Translations under genes and position numbers: made by a program | From: Eledone cirrhosa | Taxonomy: Eukaryota | Length of the DNA stretch: 64,000 bases | Assembly (NCBI GenBank): GCA_964016885.1 | Contig: OZ024743.1 | Span: 317,626,001-317,690,000 of the forward strand | Reading direction: 5' to 3' | The notes under the pieces: generated by a model | Database searches by the model: none | What the model was told of the DNA's origin: nothing | Seen by the model: the letters and a program-made list of their open reading frames with translations, nothing else | Shown: piece after piece, positions 32,420 to 44,100 of the stretch | Position numbering within the stretch: the first letter of the stretch is position 1 | How the letters are laid out: the number at the start of each line of letters is the position of its first letter

Positions 32420-33730
32420 ATCATCATCATCATCTTCATTTAACGTCCATCTTTCACGCTAGCATGGGTTAGACGGGAGTTTTCCCACTTGAGGCAAGGT
32501 TGGTCGGGTGACCGTGTCTCACTCATATAGGACTATCTGGCAGGTTTTCTACAGCTGGATGCCCTTCCTAACAACAACCAGATTTAGTGTGGGCTGGGAG
32601 TTTTTTTACAGTGTTACCTACACGGCCACATTACAGCATGGACTGTTTTTTTTTTTTTGTTGTGACACCTACACAATCTCGATCTCATTATCTCATTTAT
32701 TTGGACTGAATGTTGCGGTACTAACTTTACAGAGAGAGGGTGGTGGGAGTGGGAGGATAGAGTAGGGGTAGTGGACTGGTGTATATTTGGTTAAGAGGTG
32801 CCTACTGACTGTAGGTTTCACTTTGTACATAGGCAAGGCGGGTCTTCTGTATTACTGTGTAGCGCCAAAGATCTCGGTCCAGTGACATTTTCTTAGAGAA
32901 GTGTAAGGTCAGAATTTATCAAATCGTCCAAGGTTTTTCTGGGTCTACCTACTCCATAACTTCCATTAATTTTGATCGCCCTGCACTTTTTTATACAGCT
33001 GTCGTCTTTCATCCGCATCACGTGACCATACCAACGTAGTCTTCTCTCAAGTAAACAGCATCTGATCCCTCTTATTCCTAATTTCTCACTTAGTTCATTT
33101 ATGCTTTGCCATTCACGTATATTACTATTACACATCCAACGGAGCATGCATGCTTTGTTCTTTTCCAGTCTGCACAGGTCCTCTGCATGCAATGCCCATG
33201 TCTCACTGCCATGTAGCATTGCTGTTCGTATACAGGCATCATACAATCTGTCTTTCATTTTTAGAGAGAAACCTTTTGTAGCCAACAGCGGTATAAGTTC
33301 TCTGAACTTTTTCCATCCCGTTCTGACTCTGGCTACTGTACTTTCAGAGCACCCTCCACCACTGCTGATTTTGTCATCCAGGTAACGGAAAGTGTCCACT
33401 ATTTCTATAGAACCATCTGGGCAATAGAAGGAGCTAGTATCCTGTGGGCACTTGCTACTTATTGCACCTGAGCATCGGCCACATATAAAATCTATGTTCT
33501 TAAATAGCTTACTTGTGATGCCACTACATCTTTAATGTACCCATAGTTTGCATTTGGGACATAAAATGGAATTTCTACCTACTCCTTTCCTACACACTGA
33601 ACATGGCCATTTCCCTGAGGGCACCTGTGCCCTATTTTCCTTTCTACAAACTAGAACTTTAGTCTTAGACAAGTTAACTTTAAGGCCTTTTGATTCTAGG
33701 CCATGCTTCCATGTTTGGAATTTCTTCTCT
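32420..33730 (-). mobile_element. RTE subfamily B 3' fragment
   Basis: ORFs 32893-33399 and 33532-33777. Confidence 0.92.
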
Positions 33731-33821
33731 ATATGAATATATATATACTGTAGAACAAATTTGGTATAAATATCCATGAGTCAGAGCACTCAGTCCATAG
33801 GACGAGTTAAGTATAATTAGC

Positions 33822-33972
33822 TACAACAGTGACATGTGCAGGTGCTTAAGTTTCGTTGGGTTATTCATCCCAACTAATTCAGCCCATCATATAAAAATCT
33901 TATATGAGAGGCTGAATGAGTTGGGGTGAATAATGTGAGAAAACTTAAGTACCTGTATATGTCACTGTTGTA
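33822..33972. repeat. ~150-nt imperfect palindrome (hairpin)
   Basis: tacaacagtgacatgtgcaggtgcttaagttt / aaacttaagtacctgtatatgtcactgttgta plus an inner stem. Confidence 0.85.
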
Positions 33973-34211
33973 ATTATTATTATTATTCTTATTCTCTTGC
34001 GCTAAGTGGTTGTGTAGGTGTCTTGACAAAAGTCCCCAGTCCACACTGTACAGTGGTCGTGTAGGTGTCACGACAAAAAGCACCCAGTCCATACTGTAAA
34101 GTGGTCGTGTAGGTGTCACAACAAAAAGAACCCAGCACAATGGGACAACCCATCCTACCAATGCTAGCATGGAAAATGGACATTAAACGATGATCATTAT
34201 TATTATTATTT

Positions 34212-34678
34212 ACCAGCTATCGGCCAAGTCCATAGTGAAGATTGACCCGCCGTCTTCTTTTGGCCAGGAAGGGCAGACAATTTTCCTGTCTGGTGGCAGT
34301 TGCGAAAGAGGTTGTATGGTGGATCAGATTGAAAGGACTGAAGACAGACACTTTTCTCTTCAGCCAATCCCTCATCAACTTCTTCAAGGCTGCTTATAGG
34401 CTGGCTAACTTGATGAGAGGGGTGCCCTCCCCGGGTGTCCTAGAAGTGCCGGATGGTTCAGGATTGGTGGGGTATCCTGGGTCGTCCACCCCCCTATTGG
34501 GGAATTTATTTTGTTATATTTATGCATAGTTTATTTTACATTTTCATTGTTAAATTGGTCTTGCCATTGTACACTTTTACTTGAGCTTATTGTAAACCCC
34601 ACTGTCCGTGTCTTTGTATTGTCCCCTACATGTCGGCCCTTGTGACCAATAAATGACATAATTATTATTATTATTATT
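34212..34678 (+). mobile_element. Probable L1/Tx1-type LINE 3' end with AATAAA and (ATT)n tail
   Basis: Frameshifted ...CLVAVAKEVVWWIRLKGLK...; polyA signal at ~34648. Confidence 0.45.
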
Positions 34679-35634
34679 ATATATACTAATAGATTTATGA
34701 AATCACAAAACCACAAGATGTTTTGCACACCTATGGAATTGTAACACAGAATACTCATAGATTTACTAGTGTGGGGGCAATTGAACAAATCAATTAGGGT
34801 TATCAATAAAATTTATACAACTAATATCAACCAATCAATAAATCAAATCAATTAATGGAAAAAAATTATATATATATATGTTGTTGCGTGAGCTAAATTC
34901 ATATATTGATACCATGTGCGTTTAGTCACATTCAACCCTGTATTGGAGAGATTAGATGATTTTGGAATTCCCTTGCCGATCCGTTTCAAAGTATCTAATT
35001 TCACCAAATAACGGTGAAATGTATTCTGCTTTTGTGGAGAATACATGAGGGAAATATATTTATGTTATCTTACATTCAGTACACATTGTCTCTAGTTTTA
35101 AGTTTTGATGTATTTTTATACACACTTATATGTGTATGGATATATTTCATTCACTTTTTTATAATGATTAAGGCTCGATTTTATTCTCTGAATTCTATTT
35201 TGAGCTGTTTTTTGAGACAAGACATGTTTGATTTTGTATCATTCAAGACATCATTTACTTTGAATGTAATAATAATTGTTTCTACTTTTTGGCACAAGGC
35301 CAGCAATTACCCAGTACATTACTGGTACTTTTTATTTTATCGACCGCGTAAGGATGAAAGGCAAAGTTAACCTCGACGGGATTTGAACTCAGACCGTAAT
35401 AATAATATATATATATATAGGCCAAAAATTGAGTGTTTGGTAGCACACCCTACTAGGAATAGTAACCAAATCATCCCCAATACACGACCTACCGTCTAAC
35501 ATATGTATGAATCAGAGAGGACGCCTCTACAGGATGTCTCTACCTGTCTACCTGGTAGAAATAGCAACCAAATCTCCCTCAAACAACAGTGTCTAATATA
35601 TATATATATATATAATATACATATATATATATAT

Positions 35635-35950
35635 GGAGGCACATGGCTTAGTGGTTAGAGCATTGGCCTTGCAATCGAAAGGTTGTGAGTTCAATTCTCA
35701 GACCGGGTGATGTGTTGTTTCCTTGAGCAAGACACTTTATTTCACATTGCTCCAGTTTACTCAGCTGTAGAAATGCAAAGTGGTCGTGGAGGTGCCACGG
35801 CAAAAAGCACCCAGCCCACTCTGTAAAGTGGTCGTGGAGGTGCCACGGGAAAAAGCACCCAGCTCACTGTAAATAGCTGTAGAAATCAAGCCAAAATCAG
35901 TCCCCGTCCCACCTTTGCAAGTAGGGAAAAAATGAAATTGAATGAAATGA
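35635..35950 (+). mobile_element. SINE family A, tRNA head intact
   Basis: A box TGGCTTAGTGG, B box GAGTTCAATTC, CORE-like tccttgagcaagacacttt, tandem units, RTE-type tail. Confidence 0.88.
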
Positions 35951-36037
35951 TATATATATTATATATATAAAGTTAGTTTTCGCTCTTCGATAAATTTGTG
36001 AGTTTGTTATCGAATAATAATGAGCCAATTTGCTTAC

Positions 36038-36099
36038 CAAGCAAATCCCTTACACAGGTAAGCCATATCGCCAACAGGAAGGGATGTTATTGCTGATAC
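36038..36099 (-). other. Candidate 5'UTR exon of the ZnF-UBP gene, carrying a uORF
   Basis: Acceptor tttacttgcag and strong donor TTG|gtaagc; contains ATG GCT TAC CTG TGT AAG GGA TTT GCT TG. Confidence 0.5.
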
Positions 36100-37535
36100 C
36101 TGCAAGTAAATAGTCACTGCCTAGTGAGGGTCAAGAGCTTTAACAACATTTGGTTAAAAAGTGAATTGGAATGAGTAGTGGGAGAAAGATTAGATGGAGC
36201 AGTTGATGGCAGAAAGATTAGATGGAGCAGTGGAGATAGTGGTGCAGAGAATGAGAATAAGGCTGGTGGATGGAGTTGATGTGGTGATGAATATGGTTGT
36301 CCATTTAGAAGGTGTTAGGTGGTGAAGGGACAGCCTATATCGTAAATGTGCAACAGAAAAGTTGGAAGATAAGGATTTTCTGGCTGTATTCAATGGTACT
36401 GGAAGGGAGAGGCCCTGACGTTAAGCAATAAGATGAACTGAATGGAGATGCCAGGAATGAGTTCGAGGAAGAGGTGGAAAGTGGACGAAACTGAGGTGTC
36501 GGCAACAGAGGTCTTATGCCACCTAAAGAGATTTGGATTAATCACAAAACCGCTGGAGGTAGTGGAAGGAAGGAGCTGCATTGGAGATCAAGCTGTGAAG
36601 AATCATGGCAGGTGTATTGGTATTTCAGAGAAGAAATGAAATCCGGCATGAACAGATGATAACTATTCTCAGTGTGTGGGAGATTGGTGAGCCACTATCC
36701 AACTATGGAGTAACTTCAAACAGCATGTAGCCCCGCCAAGAGACGGTGAGCTGGGGGAACAGAGTGGGAGAGAGGATAGAGACTATGATGCGGGAGATCC
36801 TGGAAAAGGTAAGAGCAGAGGATCCAGTAAGAGGAAGTTGGTTTGTGTCCAAAATGAAGAACGGGGTCGTATGGCGGGGTTGAGGTTGATAGGAGTCGTT
36901 CTGGAAATAGGGGGTGACGAGGAGTGGACACAGCTTGGCTGTAACCACATCAACGTGGCCGAATTGAACGCCATGTCCCGCACCCCTTACAACACAGCTC
37001 ACACCTATGTAGGTTTAGCTGGTTTTCTATGAGGTTATATCCTAACGGTTTCTTAGATGTTTTAGATAGTTGTATGAAAGCAACGCGAGCGTCTTGCTCA
37101 AAAATAACTTTTTCTTAAAATCTTTGACTGTATGCCAGATATATATTTGATAATTTTTTTACAATTATGCCAATCGAATGTTAGAGGCGAAATTTTTGTT
37201 TTTTTTTCGTTGGATTTTTATGTTTTGAACGAATTTGACGTTGAAAATTATTGTTTTTGTTGTTGTTTTTTTTTAGTTACTGACGGGGACGCGGGGGGGG
37301 GGGGGGGGGCTCCCTCAGTGTTCTTGGTTTTTGAGATGAATATTACACTCGTCTCGTTTGGAGATAAAATTTTAATATTTTCAATTTGTTTTTGATGTTT
37401 TGAATGAACGAATATGGCCTTTAAAACTATCAAACATTATTTGTTTTTAGTTAATGGCTGAGGGTGGCGATTTCTATCTAGACGGGTGTAATTGTAAAAA
37501 TTTACCATACATTTATTAAATGGCCAGGTACTTAC

Positions 37536-37660
37536 CGTTGCTGTAGTGCAGGTGCAATTTAGATAGACCCGGTATTTTCCTGTTCTGAGTATAAATCTCT
37601 CCAGTGGCTGCTTTCGTCTTTCTTTTCCACCCGAGGGGGCAAAAGTTCGACCGATTAAAC
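37536..37660 (-). other. Candidate first (non-coding) exon of the ZnF-UBP gene
   Basis: Consensus donor ACG|gtaagt at 37535; non-repetitive, GC-richer segment without an ATG, lying ~300 bp from the divergent SLC37 start. Confidence 0.5.
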
Positions 37661-37957
37661 TAAAAATATACAGATTTTAGTACTAGTAGTATCGAGTCAA
37701 TCAATTATATGCTTTCCGTTATTTTACAACAAACTTTAAGTTTTATTATATTTGTTGATTTTAACTGTAATCCATTGATAATGAGAAATGGTGTAGCAAG
37801 ATCAGAGTTATCTCCCTTAGACGCTCTTCACTTCTTCCTATCTGTCTTCTATTTCTGTTTCGTTGACACAATATCCTTCCTGTGTCTCTCTTTTAACTTA
37901 TTTGTTTACAAACACCCTCTGTCGTCTCTTCAGCTGATTTGTTTAAAAAGACCCTTT
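37660..37957. promoter_or_regulatory. Putative bidirectional promoter / 5'UTR region between the two head-to-head genes
   Basis: Unique sequence between the minus-strand donor at 37535 and the plus-strand ATG at 37958. Confidence 0.45.
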
Positions 37958-38068
37958 ATGAGGATGTCTTTCGAATTGGCACTTCTACGTAGGAAACAAG
38001 TGTTGGTTTTCTCTTTAGGCTGGTTGTCTTATGCGGCAACGTATTTACTGAGAAAACCCCTTGGTGTG
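37958..38068 (+). CDS. SLC37-like coding exon 1
   Basis: ATG at 37958 (alternative at 37964), TM1 ...[13 protein letters not shown], donor GTG|gtatgt. Confidence 0.85.
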
Positions 38069-38118
38069 GTATGTTACTTCATTTAATATATTTCTGTCAT
38101 ACACTTTACTGAAAAGAA

Positions 38119-38159
<41 letters not shown>

Positions 38160-41100
38160 TCAGTTTATTATAGAAATGACTTCTACGGGACTAAAACTGT
38201 TTCATTCGTAAGAAATCATCACGAAAGTGCTGATGATTCCTTACAAATGAAACAATTTTTAGTACTGTAGAAGTCATTTCTAAAATAAAATGATCATAAA
38301 TATACTCTACTGGGGTACTGAGTACCCTTTTTAACAGCCTTTCCTGTTAAAAGGGGTACTTTTTAATGAAACAATTCTAGTCCTGTAGGAGCCATTTGTA
38401 TATTAAACTCGATATAAATATATTTATATAATTTATTGCGAATTATTGATGGATGTTGAATTGAATGTTATTTCTAAGATTCAATAAGCAATGCGATGTT
38501 TATCAATATTTAGATATTGTGAATGTAAACTACAAGAAACTATCGACCGCTGACAATAATCATATACTCTTTTCCGTTATTTACTCTTATTCTATTTCTT
38601 GAGATGAAATCTAGTCTTGAGTTATTTTGTTTTTCATCGTTATGGGAACAAACAAAATAAGTTAACAGTCGCCCATAGAAATATGAAGTTAGCTTTGTGT
38701 TTGCTTAGTCAAAAGAAAGACGGGTATTTTTCAGACTGATAAATAAACAGGATCGAGATAGGTTTGTAGGCACCTTATATATATAGTAAAGGCGTCCAAA
38801 GTTAAGACATTGGGATGACTTTGGGGTTAAGCTGGAATCCGACTTCAGATCAGCAAATAAAGTATTCTGGCAGATCATCCTCCGACTTCGTAATAAGGAG
38901 CCCTCCTCCACACCTATCAAGAACGCGCCTGGGGTTCTCTTCTCTTCAGAGAGGTGCATCCTTTCAATGTAGAAATAATACTTTGCTGATCTCCTAAACC
39001 CAATCATAACAGCATCTTCTGAGGTGCATCTAGGAGCAGTGACTAATCTCTCTGAGGCTGATGTCACATAAGCAGTTAAAGATCTCAAATGTGGCAAGGC
39101 CACTGGGGAAGATGAAATCTGGCCTGAGATGTTAAAAGCCTTAAATAGAGAAGGTATTCTCTGACTGACTCTTGTGTGCCGGTTGGCCTGGAACTTTGGA
39201 AAGGCTTCTAAGCAATGGCAATTGGGAGTGATAATCCCAATTTTCAGAAAGAGAGACAAGATGGATTGTTCCAGTTACTGAGGGATTTCCTTGTTAAGCC
39301 TCCCCAGTAAAGTCTATGCTAAGTGTCTGGCAAAGAGATGCAAGGAGATTGTTGAGTCCAAGCTAGCTGATGAACAGTGCAGTTTTTGCCTCGGACGCAG
39401 CACAGCCAACTAAATATTCACATTGCGGCAGGTCTTCGAGAAATCATAGGAGTATTGCCGAGAGGTATATTGTTTTGTCAACCTTGAAAAGGCATATGAC
39501 TGCATTCCTCATGACTTGCTGTGGTAGGTTCTGCAGGAGTATGGGATCATTGCTCAGCTTCTTGCTGCCCTGATGTCTCTATTCAAATGCTTGAGTATTT
39601 GTGATCAGATAAATGGTGCTAAATCGAAACCATTCATTGTGGGAGTTGGACTCTGCTAAGGGTGCATACTGTCACCTCTCCTGTTCATTATTTACATGAA
39701 TAGGATTGACATGCACAGCTGGGTTGGAAGTGGTATTATGACTGGCGGGTGTAAAACCAGTCGGCTGGAATTTGCAGACATCATGGTGATATTTAACTTG
39801 AGAGAAGGTGATCTACGACTTGCAACCAAACCAGTTAGAGAAGGTTGCTTCTGACAGAACCTGCTGGAAGGAGTGTTTGAGGACTCTGCACCAACAACCC
39901 TCTCAGGAATAAATGTGTGAAGAAGGAGGTCGATGAACTATGTTTTTCCAGGCTATGGTTTTAAGACGTTTGCAGGTGCAGGGCCACTGACAACGAACTT
40001 TAATCTTTCCTAGTTTGTTATCATACATGTCGATCATGTTCATTTGGAATGCCTGTAAATAAATGTAATTATTTCAGCTGTTAGAAAGAGCAGCGAAATC
40101 TGTGTTCAATGAATATTTTCTAGCATAGATATTTAAATAAGGGAAGTAGTGTGCATTCACAGGTGAAATTTAAAGAAAACTAAAAAGATTATGAACATGA
40201 CTATTTAAAAGATTAGTATTATGTATATATTATTATCACGGTTTTAGAAATAATATAAAAGGTTGATTCACTTTAGGAGAAATGTATTGTATATGATAAA
40301 TGTTGTTGAATAACAAGAATGACTTTGTGTGTTTATATAAAGATTTTCTTGATGGAAGTCAACAGTAGAACAATACATATTTTACCACAAGTTGTGATGG
40401 TGTAGTTGGCTGATTAGATTGAGACCAAAGAGAATTCTCTTAACATGTTCACTGGAGTAGGCTGGTGGGTGCCAAAAGAGAATACTCTTAACATGTTCGC
40501 TGGAGTAGGCTGGTAGGTGCCTAAGAGAGAATGCTCTTAACAAATTCGCTGGAGTAGTCTGGTAGGTGCCTAAGAGAGAATGCTCTTAGCATGTTCGCTG
40601 GAGTAGGCTGGTAGGTGCCTAAGAGAGAATGCTCTTAACATGTTCGCTGGAGTAGGCTGGTAGGTGCCTAAGAGAGAATGCTCTTAACATGTTCGCTGGA
40701 GTGGGCGAAGTCGCCCGTTCTCCAAGGCCGCTGCGTCGAGAAGAGAGAAAGAGCGCTCTGGCGGTTTCAATATATAGTCCCCATGGGGACGTAACTCCAA
40801 TGAGTTCTGGATTTCGCCGCTAGGGGTCACTACAATACCCTCCTCCAGACAATAGGCGAAAAGCCTGAAGGTAATTCTAGCGAACTCGCAAGCATGGGAT
40901 CCAAGCAAAGGCATAAAACAGTAACAAATAATCAAAGAGTACATGCATACAAAATTCAATGAAAAAGAAAACAAAAGGCTCCAGTGGCCAGTTCATATAA
41001 AAAATGTCTGACAGAGTTTTTTTGGCCAGTGGACTCTTTGACCGGAACGGGTCGTGGTATTGTATGCAGGTGAAGGTGGGGCAGAAGGAGCAGGTGTATG

Positions 41101-44100
41101 CACAATGGAGAAAGATTGGGGTATTTGTGGCTCAGGTGTATGAGCGTCAGTGTATGCCCTTTTTAATCTATCCACCAAAATTGTCTGTGTTCAGTGAGCC
41201 AGTAATGTGCTGTATATCATTAGTAAACTGCAAAATGTAAACAAGGTGCCTTGTCTATCTGGGTGAATATTTGTCGGCTTTAGCCCTCAAAGCGAAGGTC
41301 AGAGGTTTGTGGTCAGTGAAAACCATAAAAGTTCTTCCCTCAAGAATATGAGAAAAATGTTTCAACGACAGATATATGGCTAATAACTCCCGACCAAACG
41401 TGCTGCAACGAGTTTCTGCTGGTTTCAGTTTCCTGGAGAAAAAAGTTCAAAGGTTGTTGGTTTCCAGCGATATACTGTTGTAAAACTGCTCCCACAGCGG
41501 TATCAGATGCATCAACACAAAGCGAAAGCTCGGCCTCTGGTATGGGTGGGCTAGCAAAGATGAATTAGCAAGTGCTGTCTTGGCAGTCTGGAAATCTTTG
41601 AGTTGTCCTTGTGTCAAGGAAATATCCTCATTCTTCTTACGACAATTTTTCAAAATCTCGGTAAGGGAATATAGTAATTTTGCACATTGAGGAACGAAGC
41701 GTCTATAAAAATTGATTAGGCCTAAGAAGTGATGCAACTGGTGAAGTGTAGTAGGCAGAGGTAGAAAATCCTGGAGATGGAGAATCGGATATCTATCCGG
41801 GACGGTCATCGCGTTTAACCTCCTATAAACCCCAGTGGGTCTCCAGTCGCCAGAAGTCTTGGGCACCATATGTAGCGGTGAAGCCGAAGGACTCATAGAT
41901 GGGCGAATAATGCCCAGCTGCAACATATGGTCGAACTCAGACTGTGCTGCCTTTAACTTGTCCGCCGTTAAACGACGTGGACGTGAAAATACTGGAGCAC
42001 CGGTTGTGGAAATAGAATGCTCGGTTGAGTAGCTCCAGGGTGAGTTCCAGAATGGCTTTCTACATAGCCATTATTGCTGCGCTGTGAGTATGAGTAGCTG
42101 CGCAGGTGGCATGGTCAGGTGTGGCCTGAGCTGGGTGAGGAATAGCGCCAAGGGCCTTAGAAGTATGAGATGCCATATGAGCGGCCAAAATGTGTCTCCG
42201 TATAGAAAACTATCTTGGACCCAAGGGAAAAAGGAAAATAAATCCACTTGTTTTTCTCTGTCAAACAACCGGACAAGAAAAGGAATGCATCCGAGATAAT
42301 GTGCAATGGAGCGGTTAATCAAGCAATGACATTAATAATACAGTTGCGGCGAACCTAAAACAAAAACCAATATGGCTCACAGTTTCGCGCCAAAAAAAAA
42401 ACATTTGATGGAGAAGAAACCCGCCATATTGACATCTTCAAAAATTTTAGCAAAGAAAAGAAGGAAGAAAATATATTTATACAATTGTTCTTTTTGCTAG
42501 GATATCAGAAAAAAAACGTGTTGTTTTGTATTAATTGTTTTTTTTGTTTTTTTTTATACATATAACACCACTTCCTATTATTTTTTTCGGGGTCACCACT
42601 TTAGAAGATTAGTATTATCATCATCATCATCATCATACGTCTGCTTTTCCCTGCTTGCAAGGGTGGGATGGGAACTGATTCTGGCTTGATTTCTACAGCT
42701 GGATGCCCTTCCTAACACCAACCTCATTAACAGTGAGTGCTGGGTGCTTTTTTGCCGTGGCACCTCCACGACTACTTTGCAGTGGGATGATATGGACACC
42801 AGTGTCTATCATCTCATTTCTACAGATGAGTAAACTGAAGCAATGTGAAATAAAGTGTCTTGCTCAAGGAAACAACACATCACCGAGTCTGAGAATTGAA
42901 CTCACAACCTTTCGATTGCAAGGCCAATGCTCTAACCACTAAGCCATGTGCCTCCATATATATATGTATATATTATTATTAGAAATAACATAAAAGGCTG
43001 ATTCACTTTAGGAGAAATGTATTGTATAAGATAAATGTTGTTGTTGAAATAACAAGAATGACTTTGTGATGCCTGTATACGAACAGCAATGCTACATGGC
43101 AGTGAGACATGGGCATTGCATGCAGAGGACCTGTGCAGACTGGAAAAGAACAAAGCATGCATGCTCCGTTGGATGTGTAATAGTAATATACGTGAATGGC
43201 AAAGCATAAATGAACTAAGTGAGAAATTAGGAATAAGAGGGATCAGATGCTGTTTACTTCAGAGAAGACTACGTTGGTATGGTCACGTGATGCGCATGAA
43301 AGACGACAGCTGTATAACAAAGTGCAGGGCAATAAAGATAGACGGTAGCCACGGAGTAGGCAGACCCAGAAAAACCTGGGACGAGCTGATAAATTCCGAC
43401 CTCACACACTTACACCTCTCCAAGACAATGTCACTGGACCGAGACCTTTGGCGGTACTCAGTAATAGAGAAGACCCGCCTTACCTAAATACAAAGTAAAA
43501 CCTACTACAGTCAGTAGGCATCTCTAACAAAATACACCCCGTCCCCCCACCCCCCACCCCATCCACACCGCCCCTTTCAATGTAAAGTTATGTTGGTGCC
43601 ACAACATCCAGGCCGAAACAAATGAGATCGTGTAGGTGTCACGACAAAAAAACACACAGTCCACGCTGTAATGTGGCCGTGTTGGCAACACGGTAAAAAC
43701 CTCCCAGTCCCACACTGTAAACGTGATTGGTGTTAGGAAGGGCATCCAACTGTAGAAAACCTGCCAGACAGTCCTATGCGAGCAATGAAAAGCACTCTTG
43801 CCTATAGTGGGAAAACTCCCGTCCAAACCCATGCAAGCGTGGAACATGGACGTTAAATGATGATGATGATATATATATATATATATATATAACAGTTCCT
43901 ATTGTTGCATGTGTTGATGCTAAGATGAGATGGAATATGTTGTGGTGTTGATTCGGTTGTTGTGTGTACTCACTTGGATTGCTCAATTGTGTGGTCACTA
44001 TTGTGTAGAATATAGGTTAAAGAAGATTGGTGTACCTGATACAGTGTGACCAGAGAATGCGGGTGTGTGTGCAAGTAAGTTGTCATTATGATGATGATGA

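Larger units (their letters stand above)
40204..43067 (-). mobile_element. Internally deleted Gypsy LTR retrotransposon: 3' LTR 40204-40834, PPT ~40835-40846, pol remnants 40993-42030, PBS 42587-42598, 5' LTR remnant 42600-43067 (split by a SINE, cut by an RTE)
   Basis: [60 protein letters not shown]; PBS TGGTGACCCCGA (tRNA-Trp-like); LTR starts TGTAG; 42967-43067 matches 40243-40330. Confidence 0.9.

Noticed and set aside
35635-35710. Possible tRNA-Cys gene (TTGCAAT loop)
   Set aside because: No proper acceptor stem and it continues into a SINE body; it is a SINE head.
35783-35811. Resemblance of the tandem unit to pistol ribozyme P1 (CGUGG/CCACG + A-rich)
   Set aside because: The pseudoknot partner follows immediately and the pistol P2/P3 elements are absent.
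36100-37000. Purine-skewed block, possibly a Penelope N-terminal remnant
   Set aside because: Too degenerate to assign; no diagnostic motif in a single frame.
37709-37957. Upstream in-frame extension of SLC37 exon 1 from ATG 37709
   Set aside because: Low-complexity, no transporter similarity, and contains an acceptor-like tract at ~37933; ATG 37958/37964 fits better.
40427-40702. CRISPR-like appearance of the 49-bp array (and of the ~45-bp tail arrays)
   Set aside because: Units are contiguous with no unique spacers, there are no cas genes, and the context is eukaryotic retroelement.
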